Shown here piece after piece: positions 53,105-64,000 of a stretch of 64,000 bases of DNA; the stretch's first letter is position 1; each line of letters starts with the position of its first letter. The notes beneath the pieces were generated by a model, which worked only from the letters and a program-made list of their open reading frames with translations, did not search any database and had not been told where the DNA came from. The translations under genes and the position numbers were made by a program. Origin of the DNA: Candidatus Kerfeldbacteria bacterium (GTDB lineage Bacteria; Patescibacteriota; Patescibacteriia; SBBC01; CAIJZX01); NCBI GenBank assembly GCA_016193315.1, contig JACPSJ010000004.1:65708-129707 (forward strand). The letters run 5' to 3'.

Positions 53105-56100
53105 TTAGGCGCGTTCGACCAGCAGTTTGCTGAGTTCGGCTAGCTCTTGCTGCCGCGCCTCGAAACCGGTACCAGCCGGGATGGGTTTGCCGATAATGAC
53201 GTTTTCCTTCAGCCCCCGGAGCACATCCACCCGACCGGACACGGCCGCATCAATCAACACGCGCGCCGTTTCCTGGAACGAGGCGGCCGACAGCCAGCTT
53301 TCGGTGGTCAAACTCGCCTTGGTCACGCCGAGCAGCAGCGGCTCAATCTCCGGCGGGCGCTTTTTGGCTTTTGACAGCTTGACCGCCAGATCCTCGACCG
53401 TCGCGCGATCGACGATTTCCCCGGCAATCAACTCCGAGTCGCCGGGATGGCTGACATAAGCGCGGGAGAACATCTGGCGGACGATGACCTCGATATGCTT
53501 GTCGTTGAGATATTGTCCCTGCGACGAGTAAATGAATTGGATTTCCTTAATGATGTACTGCTGGACGGCCGCTCGACCGCGGAGACGGTAAAGCTCCTGG
53601 AGGTTGATGCTCCCTTCGGTCAATTGGCCACCCGGGGCCACGTGATCGCCATCTTTGACGTTCAGGGCGTAGACCCCCGGCACGTCGTACCGCTTGCTGT
53701 TCTCCTGCGGATACGTAACTTCCACTGCTTTGTCGGTCACGGCCGTGGTCCCGGCATGCTGGGCCACCACCGTTTCCTTGCCCATGGTCATGATGGTCTG
53801 GCCGGCTTTGACCGCCTGCCCATCCTTGACTGCCAGAACGGCTTTCGTCTTGGCACGCTTACTGGGCAGCTCATAGCGATCCCGCCCGTGGTCAGTAAAG
53901 CGGACGGCCACTACCTGGTGATCTCCCGGCGTCTCAACCGCTACCTGGCCGGCCACCTCGGACAGCAACGCTGGGGACTTCACCGGTCGAGCTTCAAACA
54001 GCTCTTCGACCCGCGGCAAGCCCTGGGTGATATCCTGCGTACCAGCCACGCCGCCGGTGTGGAAGGTCCGCATCGTCAGCTGCGTTCCTGGTTCGCCAAT
54101 CGATTGGGCAGCAATGATGCCGATTGCCGTCCCCAACTTGACCAGCTCGTTGTGGCCAAGATCAAAACCGTAGCACTGCTGACAGAGACCCCGCTTCGTT
54201 TGGCAGGTCAGGACGGAACGAATCGCCGCCGAGACTGGTGATGCTGACTGCAGTTTTTCGGCTAGTAGAAAAGTAATCAGTGTCCCGGCTTTGACCAAGG
54301 TCTTGCCCTTCTCATCAACTAAGTCACGGGCTAGCACGCGGCCGGTGATACGTTGCACCAGGTCGGTACCAATCTCTTCGCTTTCCTCGCGACTGAGGAC
54401 GAAGCCTTGGTCATCACCGCAATCTTCTTCGGTGATGACCACGTCCTGCGACACATCGACCAAGCGACGAGTGAGATAGCCGGCGTTAGCGGTTCTCAAG
54501 GCCGTGTCGGTTAACCCCTTTCTCGCGCCGTGGGTGGAAATGAAGTATTCGAGGACGTCGAAACCTTCCTTGAAGCTGGCTTTGACCGGCAGTTCGATGG
54601 TCTTGCCGACCGGGTTGGCCACCAATCCTTTCATGCCCATCATCTGCGTGGTCTGGGCCCACGAACCTCGAGCTCCGGAGTTAATCATCATGTAGACCGG
54701 ACCGAGCTTATTGAGCGATTCCTTGGATACGCCTTGGATTTCTTCCTTGGCTTGACTCCAGACGTTGATTACTCGCACATAGCGCTCTTCATCAGTCAGC
54801 AAACCGGATTCATAAGCCGCTTGGATCTCGCTGATCTTGACTTCGGCCTGGCCGAGAATTCGTTCTTTCTGCTCTGGTACCTCAAGATCGCTCATGCCCC
54901 AGGAAATGCCTGACTGCGTAACCGATTGGAAACCGAAGTGCTTGATCGCGTCAAGCAATTCGACGGTCCGTTCAGGACCGAATTTTTCCAGGGCAACCGA
55001 GACCAGGTTGCTCAGCCCTTTTTTGTCGATGCTCCGATTGATAAATCCAAACTCCGGCGGCAGGATGCGGTTGAACAGGATCCGGCCGACGGTGGTCGTC
55101 ACTAACTGGCCATCCATTCGGACCTTGATCGCGTTTTGGAGACTAATCCGCCCCGATTCATGGGCCATCAATGCTTCATCGGCATCAGCAAAAACATAGG
55201 GCTTCTCGTCCCCTTGCTGGGTCATGTAGTAACAACCGAGCACGATGTCCATGTTCGGTGTTACCACCGGCGTGCCGGTGGCCGGCTTGAGAAGATTCTG
55301 GACCGACATCATGATATGCTCAGCCTCCCACTTCGCCTGCTCGGTCAGCGGGACATGGACGGCCATCTGGTCGCCGTCAAAATCAGCGTTGAAGGCGGTG
55401 CAAACAAGGGGGTGGATCTGGATGGCTTTGCCTTCGATCAGGATCGGTTGGAAAGCCTGGATGCCAAGTCGGTGGAGCGTTGGGGCGCGGTTGAGCAGGA
55501 CGCGAGCGTGTTTCGTTACTTCTTCGAGGATATCCCAGACCTCCGGGTGGCCGGCTTCAATGTACCGGCCAGCCGAACGGACATTGTGGACCAATTCCCG
55601 CTTGATCAGCTGGGAAATGACGAACGGACGGAACAGCTCCAGAGCCATCCGTTTCGGCAAGCCGCACTGGTTGAGCTTGAGGTGCGGACCGATGACGATC
55701 ACCGACCGGCCCGAGTAGTCGACCCGCTTGCCGAGCAAGTTCTGGCGGAAGCGGCCCTGCTTGCCTTTCAGCATGTCGGCCAGCGAGCGGAGCATCCGCT
55801 TCTGACCGGTCGAAGCGGTGACGGTCTTGCCATGACGGGCGGTGTTATCGATCAGCGCGTCGACCGCCTCTTGGAGCATCCGTTTCTCGTTGCGGATGAT
55901 TACTTCCGGCGCGTTCAGTTCAATCAACCTCTTCAGCCGGTTGTTGCGGTTGATCACTCGCCGGTAGAGATCATTGAGGTCGGAGGTGGCAAACCGTCCG
56001 CCGTCGAGCTGGACCATCGGTCGCAAATCCGGCGGGATGACCGGCAAGACGGTCAAAACCATCCATTCCGGTTGGATACCGTTGGCCTTAAGATTCTTGG

Positions 56101-56965
56101 CCAGGCGGAGACGCCGAATGATCCGCCGCTGTCGACTCTCGGTCGCCTTGGCCACCTCGGCCTCGAGCTCCTCGATCATCGTCTCCAAATTGAGCTGTTC
56201 CAATAAATGGCGAATCGCTTCCGCCCCGATCGAGGCCTCGAAGACATGTCCATACTTAAGCGACAGATCCTGGTACGCTTGCTCGGTTAAGATTTGGAGC
56301 GGCGCCAAGTCGGCCAGTTCTTTCTCGGCGGCCTCAACGGCGTCGGACAAAACTTTGAGCTGTTCCGTTTTGGCTTGGCTTAAACTGTGTAGCTCGGCGG
56401 TCCGCTTAGCCTCGTCAGTGACCGGTCGCTGCTTGACCTGATTAGCCTGCTGTTGCCATTCGGCGTCGATCTGCTTCTTCTTCGCCTCGTGCTCGGCCTT
56501 CAGCTGCTTCAGGGTTTCTTGCCGCAGGTTCTCATTGACGCTGGTAATAATGAAATTGGCGAAATAGATGATTTTCTCTAGGTCCTGAACGCCCAAGTCG
56601 AGCATTAACCCGATCTTCGACGGCACGCCGCGCAGGAACCAAATGTGGGAGACCGGCGCCGCCAAATCGATATGCCCCATCCGCTCCCGCCGGACCACCG
56701 ACCGCGTTACTTCCACCCCGCACTTATCGCAAACTATGCCTTTGTAGCGAATCCGCTTGTACTTGCCACAGAAACACTCCCAGTCCTTTGACGGTCCGAA
56801 AATTTCTTCGGCAAACAAGCCAGACTTCTCCGGTTTTTGCGTCCGGTAGTTGATCGTTTCCGGCTTGGTCACCTCGCCGTACGACCAGCGGTGAACATCG
56901 TCCGGCGAGGCGACCCGCAGCCGGATGGCTTTGAAATCGATGGCGTGGGTTTCTTCGTACGGCAT
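53105..56965 (-). CDS. rpoC: RNA polymerase beta' subunit
   Basis: [12 protein letters not shown], zinc finger, QLTMRTFH. Confidence 0.99.
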   Translation of the reverse strand: MPYEETHAIDFKAIRLRVASPDDVHRWSYGEVTKPETINYRTQKPEKSGLFAEEIFGPSKDWECFCGKYKRIRYKGIVCDKCGVEVTRSVVRRERMGHIDLAAPVSHIWFLRGVPSKIGLMLDLGVQDLEKIIYFANFIITSVNENLRQETLKQLKAEHEAKKKQIDAEWQQQANQVKQRPVTDEAKRTAELHSLSQAKTEQLKVLSDAVEAAEKELADLAPLQILTEQAYQDLSLKYGHVFEASIGAEAIRHLLEQLNLETMIEELEAEVAKATESRQRRIIRRLRLAKNLKANGIQPEWMVLTVLPVIPPDLRPMVQLDGGRFATSDLNDLYRRVINRNNRLKRLIELNAPEVIIRNEKRMLQEAVDALIDNTARHGKTVTASTGQKRMLRSLADMLKGKQGRFRQNLLGKRVDYSGRSVIVIGPHLKLNQCGLPKRMALELFRPFVISQLIKRELVHNVRSAGRYIEAGHPEVWDILEEVTKHARVLLNRAPTLHRLGIQAFQPILIEGKAIQIHPLVCTAFNADFDGDQMAVHVPLTEQAKWEAEHIMMSVQNLLKPATGTPVVTPNMDIVLGCYYMTQQGDEKPYVFADADEALMAHESGRISLQNAIKVRMDGQLVTTTVGRILFNRILPPEFGFINRSIDKKGLSNLVSVALEKFGPERTVELLDAIKHFGFQSVTQSGISWGMSDLEVPEQKERILGQAEVKISEIQAAYESGLLTDEERYVRVINVWSQAKEEIQGVSKESLNKLGPVYMMINSGARGSWAQTTQMMGMKGLVANPVGKTIELPVKASFKEGFDVLEYFISTHGARKGLTDTALRTANAGYLTRRLVDVSQDVVITEEDCGDDQGFVLSREESEEIGTDLVQRITGRVLARDLVDEKGKTLVKAGTLITFLLAEKLQSASPVSAAIRSVLTCQTKRGLCQQCYGFDLGHNELVKLGTAIGIIAAQSIGEPGTQLTMRTFHTGGVAGTQDITQGLPRVEELFEARPVKSPALLSEVAGQVAVETPGDHQVVAVRFTDHGRDRYELPSKRAKTKAVLAVKDGQAVKAGQTIMTMGKETVVAQHAGTTAVTDKAVEVTYPQENSKRYDVPGVYALNVKDGDHVAPGGQLTEGSINLQELYRLRGRAAVQQYIIKEIQFIYSSQGQYLNDKHIEVIVRQMFSRAYVSHPGDSELIAGEIVDRATVEDLAVKLSKAKKRPPEIEPLLLGVTKASLTTESWLSAASFQETARVLIDAAVSGRVDVLRGLKENVIIGKPIPAGTGFEARQQELAELSKLLVERA

Positions 56966-59900
56966 TACCGGACTCCCTCTTGAACGGCGGCCCGCGGTTC
57001 AGTTGGTGGGGCCACCGGTTCGGCGAGGCGGACTTCCGCCACCTCCCGGCGCGGTCGCTCTTCTTCGGCCGGCGCGACTTCGGCGCCGATCAATTCAACT
57101 TCCAAGCCCAAGCCTTTCAGTTCCCGAACCAAGACATTGAACGATTCCGGGACGTTGAGCCGCCGGATCGGTTCTCCTTTAATCACTGCCTCATAGGCCT
57201 TCGAGCGGCCGGACACGTCGTCGGATTTGATAGTCAGCATTTCCTGGAGCGTGTGCGCCGCGCCGTAGGCTTCCAGCGCCCAGACCTCCATCTCGCCAAA
57301 GCGCTGACCACCGAACTGGGCTTTGCCACCGAGTGGCTGCTGCGTGACCAGTGAATAGGGACCGATCGAGCGCTGGTGAATCTTGTCTTCCACTAGATGA
57401 TTGAGCTTCATGACGTACATCACCCCGACCGTCACCAGCAACTCAAACGGTTTCCCCGTCCGGCCATCGAAGACTTGCATCTTGCCGTCGGGGGGCAGCT
57501 TGGCCTGCACGAGCAGTTCGCGAATTTTCGACTCCGGCAAACCATCAAGGGCCGGCGAAATAACGCGCAGGCCCACTTTCTGAGCGGCCAAGCCGAGGTG
57601 CGTCTCCAAGATTTGCCCCAGGTTCATCCGCGAAGCCACGCCCAGCGGGTTGAGAATAATGTCGACCGGCGTCCCATCCTCCAGGTACGGCATGTCTTCG
57701 GCGGCCACGATCCGCGAGATAACGCCTTTGTTCCCGTGCCGGCCGGCCATTTTGTCGCCGACTTGAATCTTCCGCAGCTGGGCCACCGACACTTGAATCT
57801 GCTTGATCACGCCGGACGGTAACTTATCGCCCTTGTCGCGGGAGAAAATCTTGATGTCGACGACCTTCCCGTGCTCGCCATGCTCAAGGGTTAAGGACGA
57901 ATCTTTGACATCCTTAGCCTTCTCGCCGAAAATGGCCCGCAGCAATTTCTCTTCGGCCGACAGCTCGGTTTCCCCCTTGGGTGTAATTTTCCCAACTAAG
58001 ATGTCGCCGGACGAGACCTGGGCCCCGATCCGAACGATGCCTTCTTCGTCTAGATCTTTCAGTTTCTCTTCGGACACGTTCGGAATATCGCGCGTCACCA
58101 CTTCTGGACCTAGTTTCGTGTCGCGAACGTCGATGTAGTAATCTTCGATGTGGACCGAGGTATAACGATCTTGTTCGACCACTCGTTCAGAAATGAGAAT
58201 GGCATCTTCGTAGTTGCCGCCTTCCCAAGGGATGAAAGCCACTAGCAGGTTCTGCCCCAGCGCCAGCTCCCCGTGCTCGGTGGCCGCCCCGTCAGCGAGC
58301 AGATCACCAGCTCCCACGCGCTGACCGGGCATGACCACCGGTTTTTGGTTAATCGAGGTTGAAGCGTTGGACCGGAAGAAGTTACGGAGGTGATAGACTC
58401 GCACATTCCCATCATCTTCCAGCACGTCGACCTGGTTGGCCTGGACAGTCACCACCTGACCAGCTTTCTGGGCCAAGATGACTTGTCCGGAGTCGGCCGC
58501 CGCCCGCGTCTCGACGCCGGTTCCAACAATCGGTGTTTCCGGCTTGATGCATGATACCGCTTGGCGCTGCATGTTCGAGCCCATCAAGGCCCGGACGGCA
58601 TCGTCATGTTCGAGGAAGGGGATGAGAGCCGTGGCCACGGAGACAATTTGTTTCGGCGAGACGTCCATGTAGTCAATCTTTTCGACCGGGACAATGGCTG
58701 GTTCGCCGTGTTGACGAGCTTCGGCCCGGTCGATCATAAAGTGACCGGCGGCGTCGATACCCGTGGTGGCGGCCGTGGTAGTCTGCCGTTCTTCAGTAAA
58801 AGCGTCGAGGTAGATGACCTCTTTGGTCACCCGCGGCTTGATGGGAATGGTCGGCTGGCTAAGCGCTTTAAGCGCTTTGGCCTGGGCGGGAGAAATGGTG
58901 GCCCCAGCTCGGACCACGTCGCCCAGGTCGTGCCGGGCGATCTCTCCGGACGCTGATCGACCGTCATTCGGCACGTCATGGACCACTCGCCGGAACGGTG
59001 TCTCTATAAAACCATAGTCGTTGACCCGGGCGTAGGTCGACAGGTGTCCGACCAAACCGATGTTCGGGCCCTCGGGCGTGGCGATCGGGCAGATGCGGCC
59101 GTAGTGGGTGCGGTGGACGTCGCGAACATCAAAACCGGCCCGCTCGCGAGACAAGCCGCCGGGGCCCATGGCCGACAGCCGGCGTTTGTGCTCCAGTTCG
59201 GCCAGCGGGTTGGTCTGGTCCATGAATTGCGACAACTGCGAGCTCATGAAGAATTCTTTGATCGCGCCGATCACCGGCCGGGCATTGATCAGCTGGTTCG
59301 GGGTCAGCGTGTTGATGTCGAGCGTCGACATCCGATCCTTGATGATCCGCTCCATCCGCGCCAGACCGACCCGGAACTTGTTTTGCACCAGCTCACCGAT
59401 GGCCCGGACCCGGCGGTTACCAAGGTGATCGATATCGTCCGGCTCCCGCTGCGAGTTATTGAGCTGGATAATCTCTTTGACAATCGCCAGCACATCATCC
59501 TTCTGCAGCACCCGAAAATCCTTGGTGTTCGGGAACTGAAAACCGAAGCGGGTATTCAGCTTGTACCGACCCACCCGTCCAAAATCATAGCGGTCGAATG
59601 AGAAAAACATTTTGTAAATCAGGTCGCGAGCGTTGTCGATGGTCGCTAGGTCGCCCGGCCGAATCCGCTTATAGACCTCCTTCAATCCCTCGGCTTCGTC
59701 GTGGGTCGGATCTTTGGCCATCGTCGCGGCAATGTGCTTCATCGGCCCCTGATCGATGTCGCGGAAGGTGGCTTGCAGTTGCTCATCGCTGCCGAAACCG
59801 AAAGCGCGGAGAAAGGTCGTAATCGGCACCTTTCGCTTGCGATCAATCTTGACGGCGATGACGTTGTTGACGTCCGTCTCCAGTTCCAGCCAGGCCCCGC

Positions 59901-60393
59901 GGTTGGGAATGATCTTGGCGCCGTAGTACCGTCGACCGCGCGCCAGCTCGGCGGTGAAGAACACGCCGGCTGAGCGAATCAGCTGTGACACCACCACCCG
60001 CTCGATGCCATTGACGATAAACGTCCCCCGATCGGTCATCAGGGGGAAGTCGCCGAGGTAGATTTCTTGTTCCTTAATCTCGCCGGTCTTCTTGTTGACC
60101 AGGCGAACCTGCACGCGCAGGGCGGCCTCGAACGTGACGTTCTTACCTTTGGCTACTACCTCGTCGAATTTCGGTTCGTCCAGGTAGTAGTCGAGAAAAT
60201 ACAGTTCTAAATCGCGGCCGATGAAGTCCTTGACCGGCGAAATTTCGTCAAACAGTTCGCGCAAACCATCGCGGAAAAACCAATCATAACTCCGCTTCTG
60301 AATTTCAATCAGATTCGGCAGCGGAATAGCTTCGTGCAGGGTGGTAAAAACTTGTCGTGCCGGAGCGGTCATGCCGGTGGAAGACGTGAACAC
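56965..60393 (-). CDS. rpoB: RNA polymerase beta subunit
   Basis: SQLSQFMDQ, GDKMAGRHGNKG, GGQRFGEME; TAATG overlap with rpoC. Confidence 0.99.
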   Translation of the reverse strand: MFTSSTGMTAPARQVFTTLHEAIPLPNLIEIQKRSYDWFFRDGLRELFDEISPVKDFIGRDLELYFLDYYLDEPKFDEVVAKGKNVTFEAALRVQVRLVNKKTGEIKEQEIYLGDFPLMTDRGTFIVNGIERVVVSQLIRSAGVFFTAELARGRRYYGAKIIPNRGAWLELETDVNNVIAVKIDRKRKVPITTFLRAFGFGSDEQLQATFRDIDQGPMKHIAATMAKDPTHDEAEGLKEVYKRIRPGDLATIDNARDLIYKMFFSFDRYDFGRVGRYKLNTRFGFQFPNTKDFRVLQKDDVLAIVKEIIQLNNSQREPDDIDHLGNRRVRAIGELVQNKFRVGLARMERIIKDRMSTLDINTLTPNQLINARPVIGAIKEFFMSSQLSQFMDQTNPLAELEHKRRLSAMGPGGLSRERAGFDVRDVHRTHYGRICPIATPEGPNIGLVGHLSTYARVNDYGFIETPFRRVVHDVPNDGRSASGEIARHDLGDVVRAGATISPAQAKALKALSQPTIPIKPRVTKEVIYLDAFTEERQTTTAATTGIDAAGHFMIDRAEARQHGEPAIVPVEKIDYMDVSPKQIVSVATALIPFLEHDDAVRALMGSNMQRQAVSCIKPETPIVGTGVETRAAADSGQVILAQKAGQVVTVQANQVDVLEDDGNVRVYHLRNFFRSNASTSINQKPVVMPGQRVGAGDLLADGAATEHGELALGQNLLVAFIPWEGGNYEDAILISERVVEQDRYTSVHIEDYYIDVRDTKLGPEVVTRDIPNVSEEKLKDLDEEGIVRIGAQVSSGDILVGKITPKGETELSAEEKLLRAIFGEKAKDVKDSSLTLEHGEHGKVVDIKIFSRDKGDKLPSGVIKQIQVSVAQLRKIQVGDKMAGRHGNKGVISRIVAAEDMPYLEDGTPVDIILNPLGVASRMNLGQILETHLGLAAQKVGLRVISPALDGLPESKIRELLVQAKLPPDGKMQVFDGRTGKPFELLVTVGVMYVMKLNHLVEDKIHQRSIGPYSLVTQQPLGGKAQFGGQRFGEMEVWALEAYGAAHTLQEMLTIKSDDVSGRSKAYEAVIKGEPIRRLNVPESFNVLVRELKGLGLEVELIGAEVAPAEEERPRREVAEVRLAEPVAPPTEPRAAVQEGVR

Positions 60394-61069
60394 AAGATTA
60401 CCCTCCCCGCGTAAAACGCGGGAAGCGGTTTGGCTGCTAAACGCCGCGTGAAGCTGAACTGTGAGCTTTCAGGCGGCAGAATTCGCTCTCACGAGCGTTG
60501 TATGCGCCGAAAATAAGAGGCCGAGAACTCTTACTAAAATGCCGATGGAGCATACCAGCCTTCCCGGCACCTGTCAAGGGAAACAAAGGTATTCCATCAA
60601 GATCTTTTTCTTGGCTTACCTTAGCGCAAGAAACGCTGGCTTGGGTCCATGGGGCCAGGAACCTTGTCCCCAGGGAAATCCAACTCTATTCCACATGCGG
60701 GCTCCTCTTGACCTACCCATTCGCGAGACCGCATGGGTGCGCTTATCTTACTGCTATCCGACCAGCGAGGATGGTGAAGCTCCACCAGCATGAGCTGGCG
60801 GCTTCTTGGAGATACGGCGGAGCGGAATCCCGCACCGACCGACCTGGCCGGTCTGGTGCGGGGCAAAACTAGTGGCTCGTCAACCAAAAGGCGGAGGGCC
60901 TCAACCGTGGGGCGGCTACGTGCTAACTTCGGGTGCTCGCCCGCACGATGACCGCTGTCAGCCAGCTTCCGGGCATCGCCAAGTCTGGCTGATGAGCCCG
61001 TCGTCAACCAGAGTTAACCTGCTGGTGGCAACCAAACCATTGGTCAGCCGTTGGCTTTGACGAATTGTG

Positions 61070-61696
61070 CTATTGGAGGCCCTGGGAGTTGAGATACGTG
61101 GCGAAATTGAGGATCAGTTGCTGCGTCTCACTCTCAATGGCGCGGTAATCTGCCTCGGCCGAGCGAAGGCTCAGGTAAAAAGTTTGATTCCTGGTGAGTA
61201 GAATGGTGAGGAGATTCTCCGTCACCGTTTGATCCCGTGAGCTTTGCTGTTTGTAGCGGATCTGGATAGTTCGGTATGATTTCGTATTGAGTGTCTTGTT
61301 ACTGACCAGGGTAAAGTTTTCGATTTCCTTGGTCAAAGATTCGACCACTTGATCGGCGGCGGCGGCGACGTTGATGTTTGCTTCGAGTTCGCCAACTATC
61401 GATCGGGCACTGAACGAAGCCGTTGGGTTTTCGCGATGGGCTTTGACGATTAGTCCGGCTAACTTATCGGCGCTGGTCAGGCTTTCTGCGACCCAACCAC
61501 GAGGGTAACTAATACTGACTGAGCGGACGATGGTCGGTTGACCTTGACTGCCGCTCGGGGGCTGATTCGAGTTTTGACCCTGGCCGTTACTGAGCGGCCC
61601 GGCGATTCGATCTTTGAGGAGGAAGAGGGCGCCACCGATAATGGCTACCGCCACGAGGGGGATAACGATTTTGAGTCGGGAAGACATATTCATCAT
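61070..61696 (-). CDS. Membrane-anchored PsbP/Mog1-like protein
   Basis: N-terminal TM, SISYPRGW motif. Confidence 0.65.
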   Translation of the reverse strand: MMNMSSRLKIVIPLVAVAIIGGALFLLKDRIAGPLSNGQGQNSNQPPSGSQGQPTIVRSVSISYPRGWVAESLTSADKLAGLIVKAHRENPTASFSARSIVGELEANINVAAAADQVVESLTKEIENFTLVSNKTLNTKSYRTIQIRYKQQSSRDQTVTENLLTILLTRNQTFYLSLRSAEADYRAIESETQQLILNFATYLNSQGLQ

Positions 61697-61792
61697 CTAG
61701 CTCTTCAGGTATTAATAATACGTGGATTTCGCCGCCAGCGCAACCCCGAGGCCACTAGTCTGCTGAGAGCCACATCTTGATCCACTGACCAC

Positions 61793-62344
61793 CTAGTTGA
61801 CAGCCATAGTTGACCTAATCCGACTCGTGTCTTCTTTGACCCTCAAGGAATCGGTTGATTGAATGGTTAAGTAGTAGGCGTCTGGCTCCCGGGTGATGAT
61901 CAGGAAACTCGTGTGGGCGGTGGTCTTCCCGTCCTTCCCGGTGTAACGAAACTCGGTCAGGCTTGCCTCCCGCCCCGAAATGGTGATCCGTTCGCTCTTG
62001 GTTTTTCGGTAACCACGGTAGGAGAGCTGGAATTGACGTTCCGCGTTGCGTTCTAGGAAATCCAGGAAGGCGGTGCGTGTGACTCGCGCCCCTTTGATCG
62101 CCTTCTTTTCTTCAGCCAGCATGATCAGGCTTTCCGGTTCGCTGCTTTTGAGCCGGATGAGAATGTCGGCTTCGCCTGGCCGGCTCGGTCGTGGTTCCTC
62201 CGCATATCGAACGGGGTAGCGGAAACTAACATGGGGGGAAGAAAATTCTTTCAGCCCCGCGTTTGCTTGCCACCAATACAGAGCGATGGCTAGAATGACG
62301 ACCATCGCTGACAGGCCGGTAAACAAGACTTTCCGTTTCATCAT
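61793..62344 (-). CDS. Membrane-anchored PsbP/Mog1-like protein
   Basis: N-terminal TM, SFRYP, ITISGREA motifs. Confidence 0.65.
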   Translation of the reverse strand: MMKRKVLFTGLSAMVVILAIALYWWQANAGLKEFSSPHVSFRYPVRYAEEPRPSRPGEADILIRLKSSEPESLIMLAEEKKAIKGARVTRTAFLDFLERNAERQFQLSYRGYRKTKSERITISGREASLTEFRYTGKDGKTTAHTSFLIITREPDAYYLTIQSTDSLRVKEDTSRIRSTMAVN

Positions 62345-62429
62345 ATCGTGGACTCAGTATACCTCTTTTGCCAATCCAACCAAAAAGGCCCAGCTTGGGC
62401 CTTTTGGTGAAAGGGTTGTCTTTCGTTGC

Positions 62430-64000
62430 TTAGCCGTTATCCGACCGTGCCAACTCCACCCAGGTGCTGCCCGTGTGGATATAGGTGATCGAATCGAACT
62501 CGGTTGGGTTCAGGGTTACTGTCCCCGCCTGTTCGTTTGCGGCGTCAACCTCAGTGATGGTCACGTTACCGGCGTTGCCGTCGATCCTGACAACGATCAG
62601 AACATCACCTTCTGCCGCGCCAGCTTCACTCATCACGACATCAGGCGTGCCAGCGTTGCCCGTGGCATCCTGACTCAATTCCACGTAGGAATTCGTCGGC
62701 GTCAGCGTGTCGTTGGCCGTCCCATCATCCGTGACGGTGAAGGTTTGTCGACCGAGGGTGAAGATGTTGTCAACTAGCACATCGGCGCTTAGCGTCGCAT
62801 CTCCAGTGGCGGACAACGTGGTGAAGGCACCCGTTGAAGCGCCGCCGGCCCCGACCGCTGTGTTGTTGATCGTTCCCCCGTCGATCGTCAGTGCATCAGC
62901 GGCTTCTGAATCAGTAACTGCGCCAGCGGCGATGTCAGCCGCCGCGATGGTGTCAGCCGCGATGTCAGCCGAGACGATGGTTGAATCGAGGATTTCACCG
63001 GTCGCAACTGCGCCGTCAGCGATGTCAGCGGCGACAATGGTGTCAGCCGCGATGTCTGCTGAAGCAATGGTTGAATCGAGGATCTCTCCGGTCGCAACTG
63101 CGCCGTCAGCGATGTCAGCGGCGACAATGGTGTCAGCCGCGATATCGGCTGAAGCAATGGTTGAGTCGAGGATTTCTCCAGTGGTGACAGCTCCGTCAGC
63201 GATGTCAGCCGCGACGATGGTGTCGAGGGCGATCTCGGCCGTGGTCACTGCGCCCGCAGCAATGTCAGCGGTGGCAATGGTGGCGTCAAGGATTTCGCTT
63301 GTCCCAACCGCACCAGCCGCGATGTCTGCCGCAGCGATGGTATCAGCCGCGATGTCTGCCGAGGCGATCGTGCTGTCCAGGATTTCTCCGGTCGCCACTG
63401 CGCCGTCAGCGATATCAACCGCAGCGATGGTGTCGAGGGCGATTTCGGCCGTCGTCACCGCGCCAGCCGCGACATCGGCCGTGGCAATGGTGCCATCGAG
63501 GAGTTCGCTCGTTGTCACTGCCCCAGCGGCAATATCGGCTGCCGCGATGGTGTCGAGGGCGATTTCGGCCGTCGTCACCGCGCCGGCAGCAATGTCAGCT
63601 GTAGCGATGGTAGCATCGAGGATTTCTCCAGTGGTGACAGCTCCGTCAGCGATGTCAGCCGCGACGATGGTGTCGAGGGCGATATCAGCTGAGGCAACAG
63701 TATCAGCCGCGATGTCAGCCGAGACGATGGTTGAATCGAGGATTTCACCGGTCGCAACTGCGCCGTCAGCGATGTCAGCCGCGACAATGGTATCAGCCGC
63801 GATGTCAGCCGAGACGATGGTTGAATCGAGGATTTCACCGGTCGCAACTGCGCCGTCAGCGATGTCAGCCGCAGCGATGGTGTCGAGGGCGATGTCAGCT
63901 GAGGCGATGGTGCTGTCGAGGATCTCGTCAGTCGTCACAGCGCCGGTGTCTATTTCCGCCGCGTCGACCGCGCCAGTAGCGATTTCAGCTGAGTCAACTG
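62430..64000 (-). CDS. Repeat-rich surface or fibre protein (3' part; start lies beyond the window)
   Basis: Frame open to the window end; dozens of decapeptide repeats (ADIADGAVAT, GEILDSTIVS, ADIAADTIVA) followed by a non-repetitive C-terminal domain. Confidence 0.9.
   Translation of the reverse strand, partial: VDSAEIATGAVDAAEIDTGAVTTDEILDSTIASADIALDTIAAADIADGAVATGEILDSTIVSADIAADTIVAADIADGAVATGEILDSTIVSADIAADTVASADIALDTIVAADIADGAVTTGEILDATIATADIAAGAVTTAEIALDTIAAADIAAGAVTTSELLDGTIATADVAAGAVTTAEIALDTIAAVDIADGAVATGEILDSTIASADIAADTIAAADIAAGAVGTSEILDATIATADIAAGAVTTAEIALDTIVAADIADGAVTTGEILDSTIASADIAADTIVAADIADGAVATGEILDSTIASADIAADTIVAADIADGAVATGEILDSTIVSADIAADTIAAADIAAGAVTDSEAADALTIDGGTINNTAVGAGGASTGAFTTLSATGDATLSADVLVDNIFTLGRQTFTVTDDGTANDTLTPTNSYVELSQDATGNAGTPDVVMSEAGAAEGDVLIVVRIDGNAGNVTITEVDAANEQAGTVTLNPTEFDSITYIHTGSTWVELARSDNG

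Noticed and set aside
60985-61066. Hammerhead-like CTGATGAG
   Set aside because: No correctly placed GAAA and no stems I/III found.
62900-64000. CRISPR-like periodic repeats
   Set aside because: The repeats are in-frame coding units with wobble variation and no unique spacers.

Overview
A GC-rich chromosomal window from a bacterium using genetic code 11. The gene set and the many short intergenic palindromes suggest Patescibacteria/CPR (Parcubacteria-like); this is inference, not a taxonomic placement. Housekeeping genes: rpoD (partial), dnaG, ppsA, groL/groS with a CIRCE operator, uvrA, uvrC, secG, rnj, trpS, murI, lgt, glyA, folD, ychF, rpsF-ssb-rpsR-efp, recA, ftsK and rpoB-rpoC. These are interspersed with orphan genes, and a repeat-rich surface protein runs off the right end. 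Two intact tRNAs are present: Ser-GGA and Leu-CAG. The most striking feature is at 7642-8166, where an intact tRNA-Ser lies inside the anticodon region of a decayed tRNA-Ser, which lies inside a third decayed tRNA-Ser. The two inner layers are each wrapped in an inverted-repeat shell, and the old copies carry small hairpin insertions and a MITE. A similar pattern of an interrupted old copy beside an intact replacement appears at tRNA-Leu and at the 5' end of dnaG. The shells belong to a CCCCGCAC...GTGCGGGG palindrome family that recurs across the window with different cargo. No CRISPR array, rRNA or intact transposase/integrase was seen. All calls are by eye; no database searches were run.
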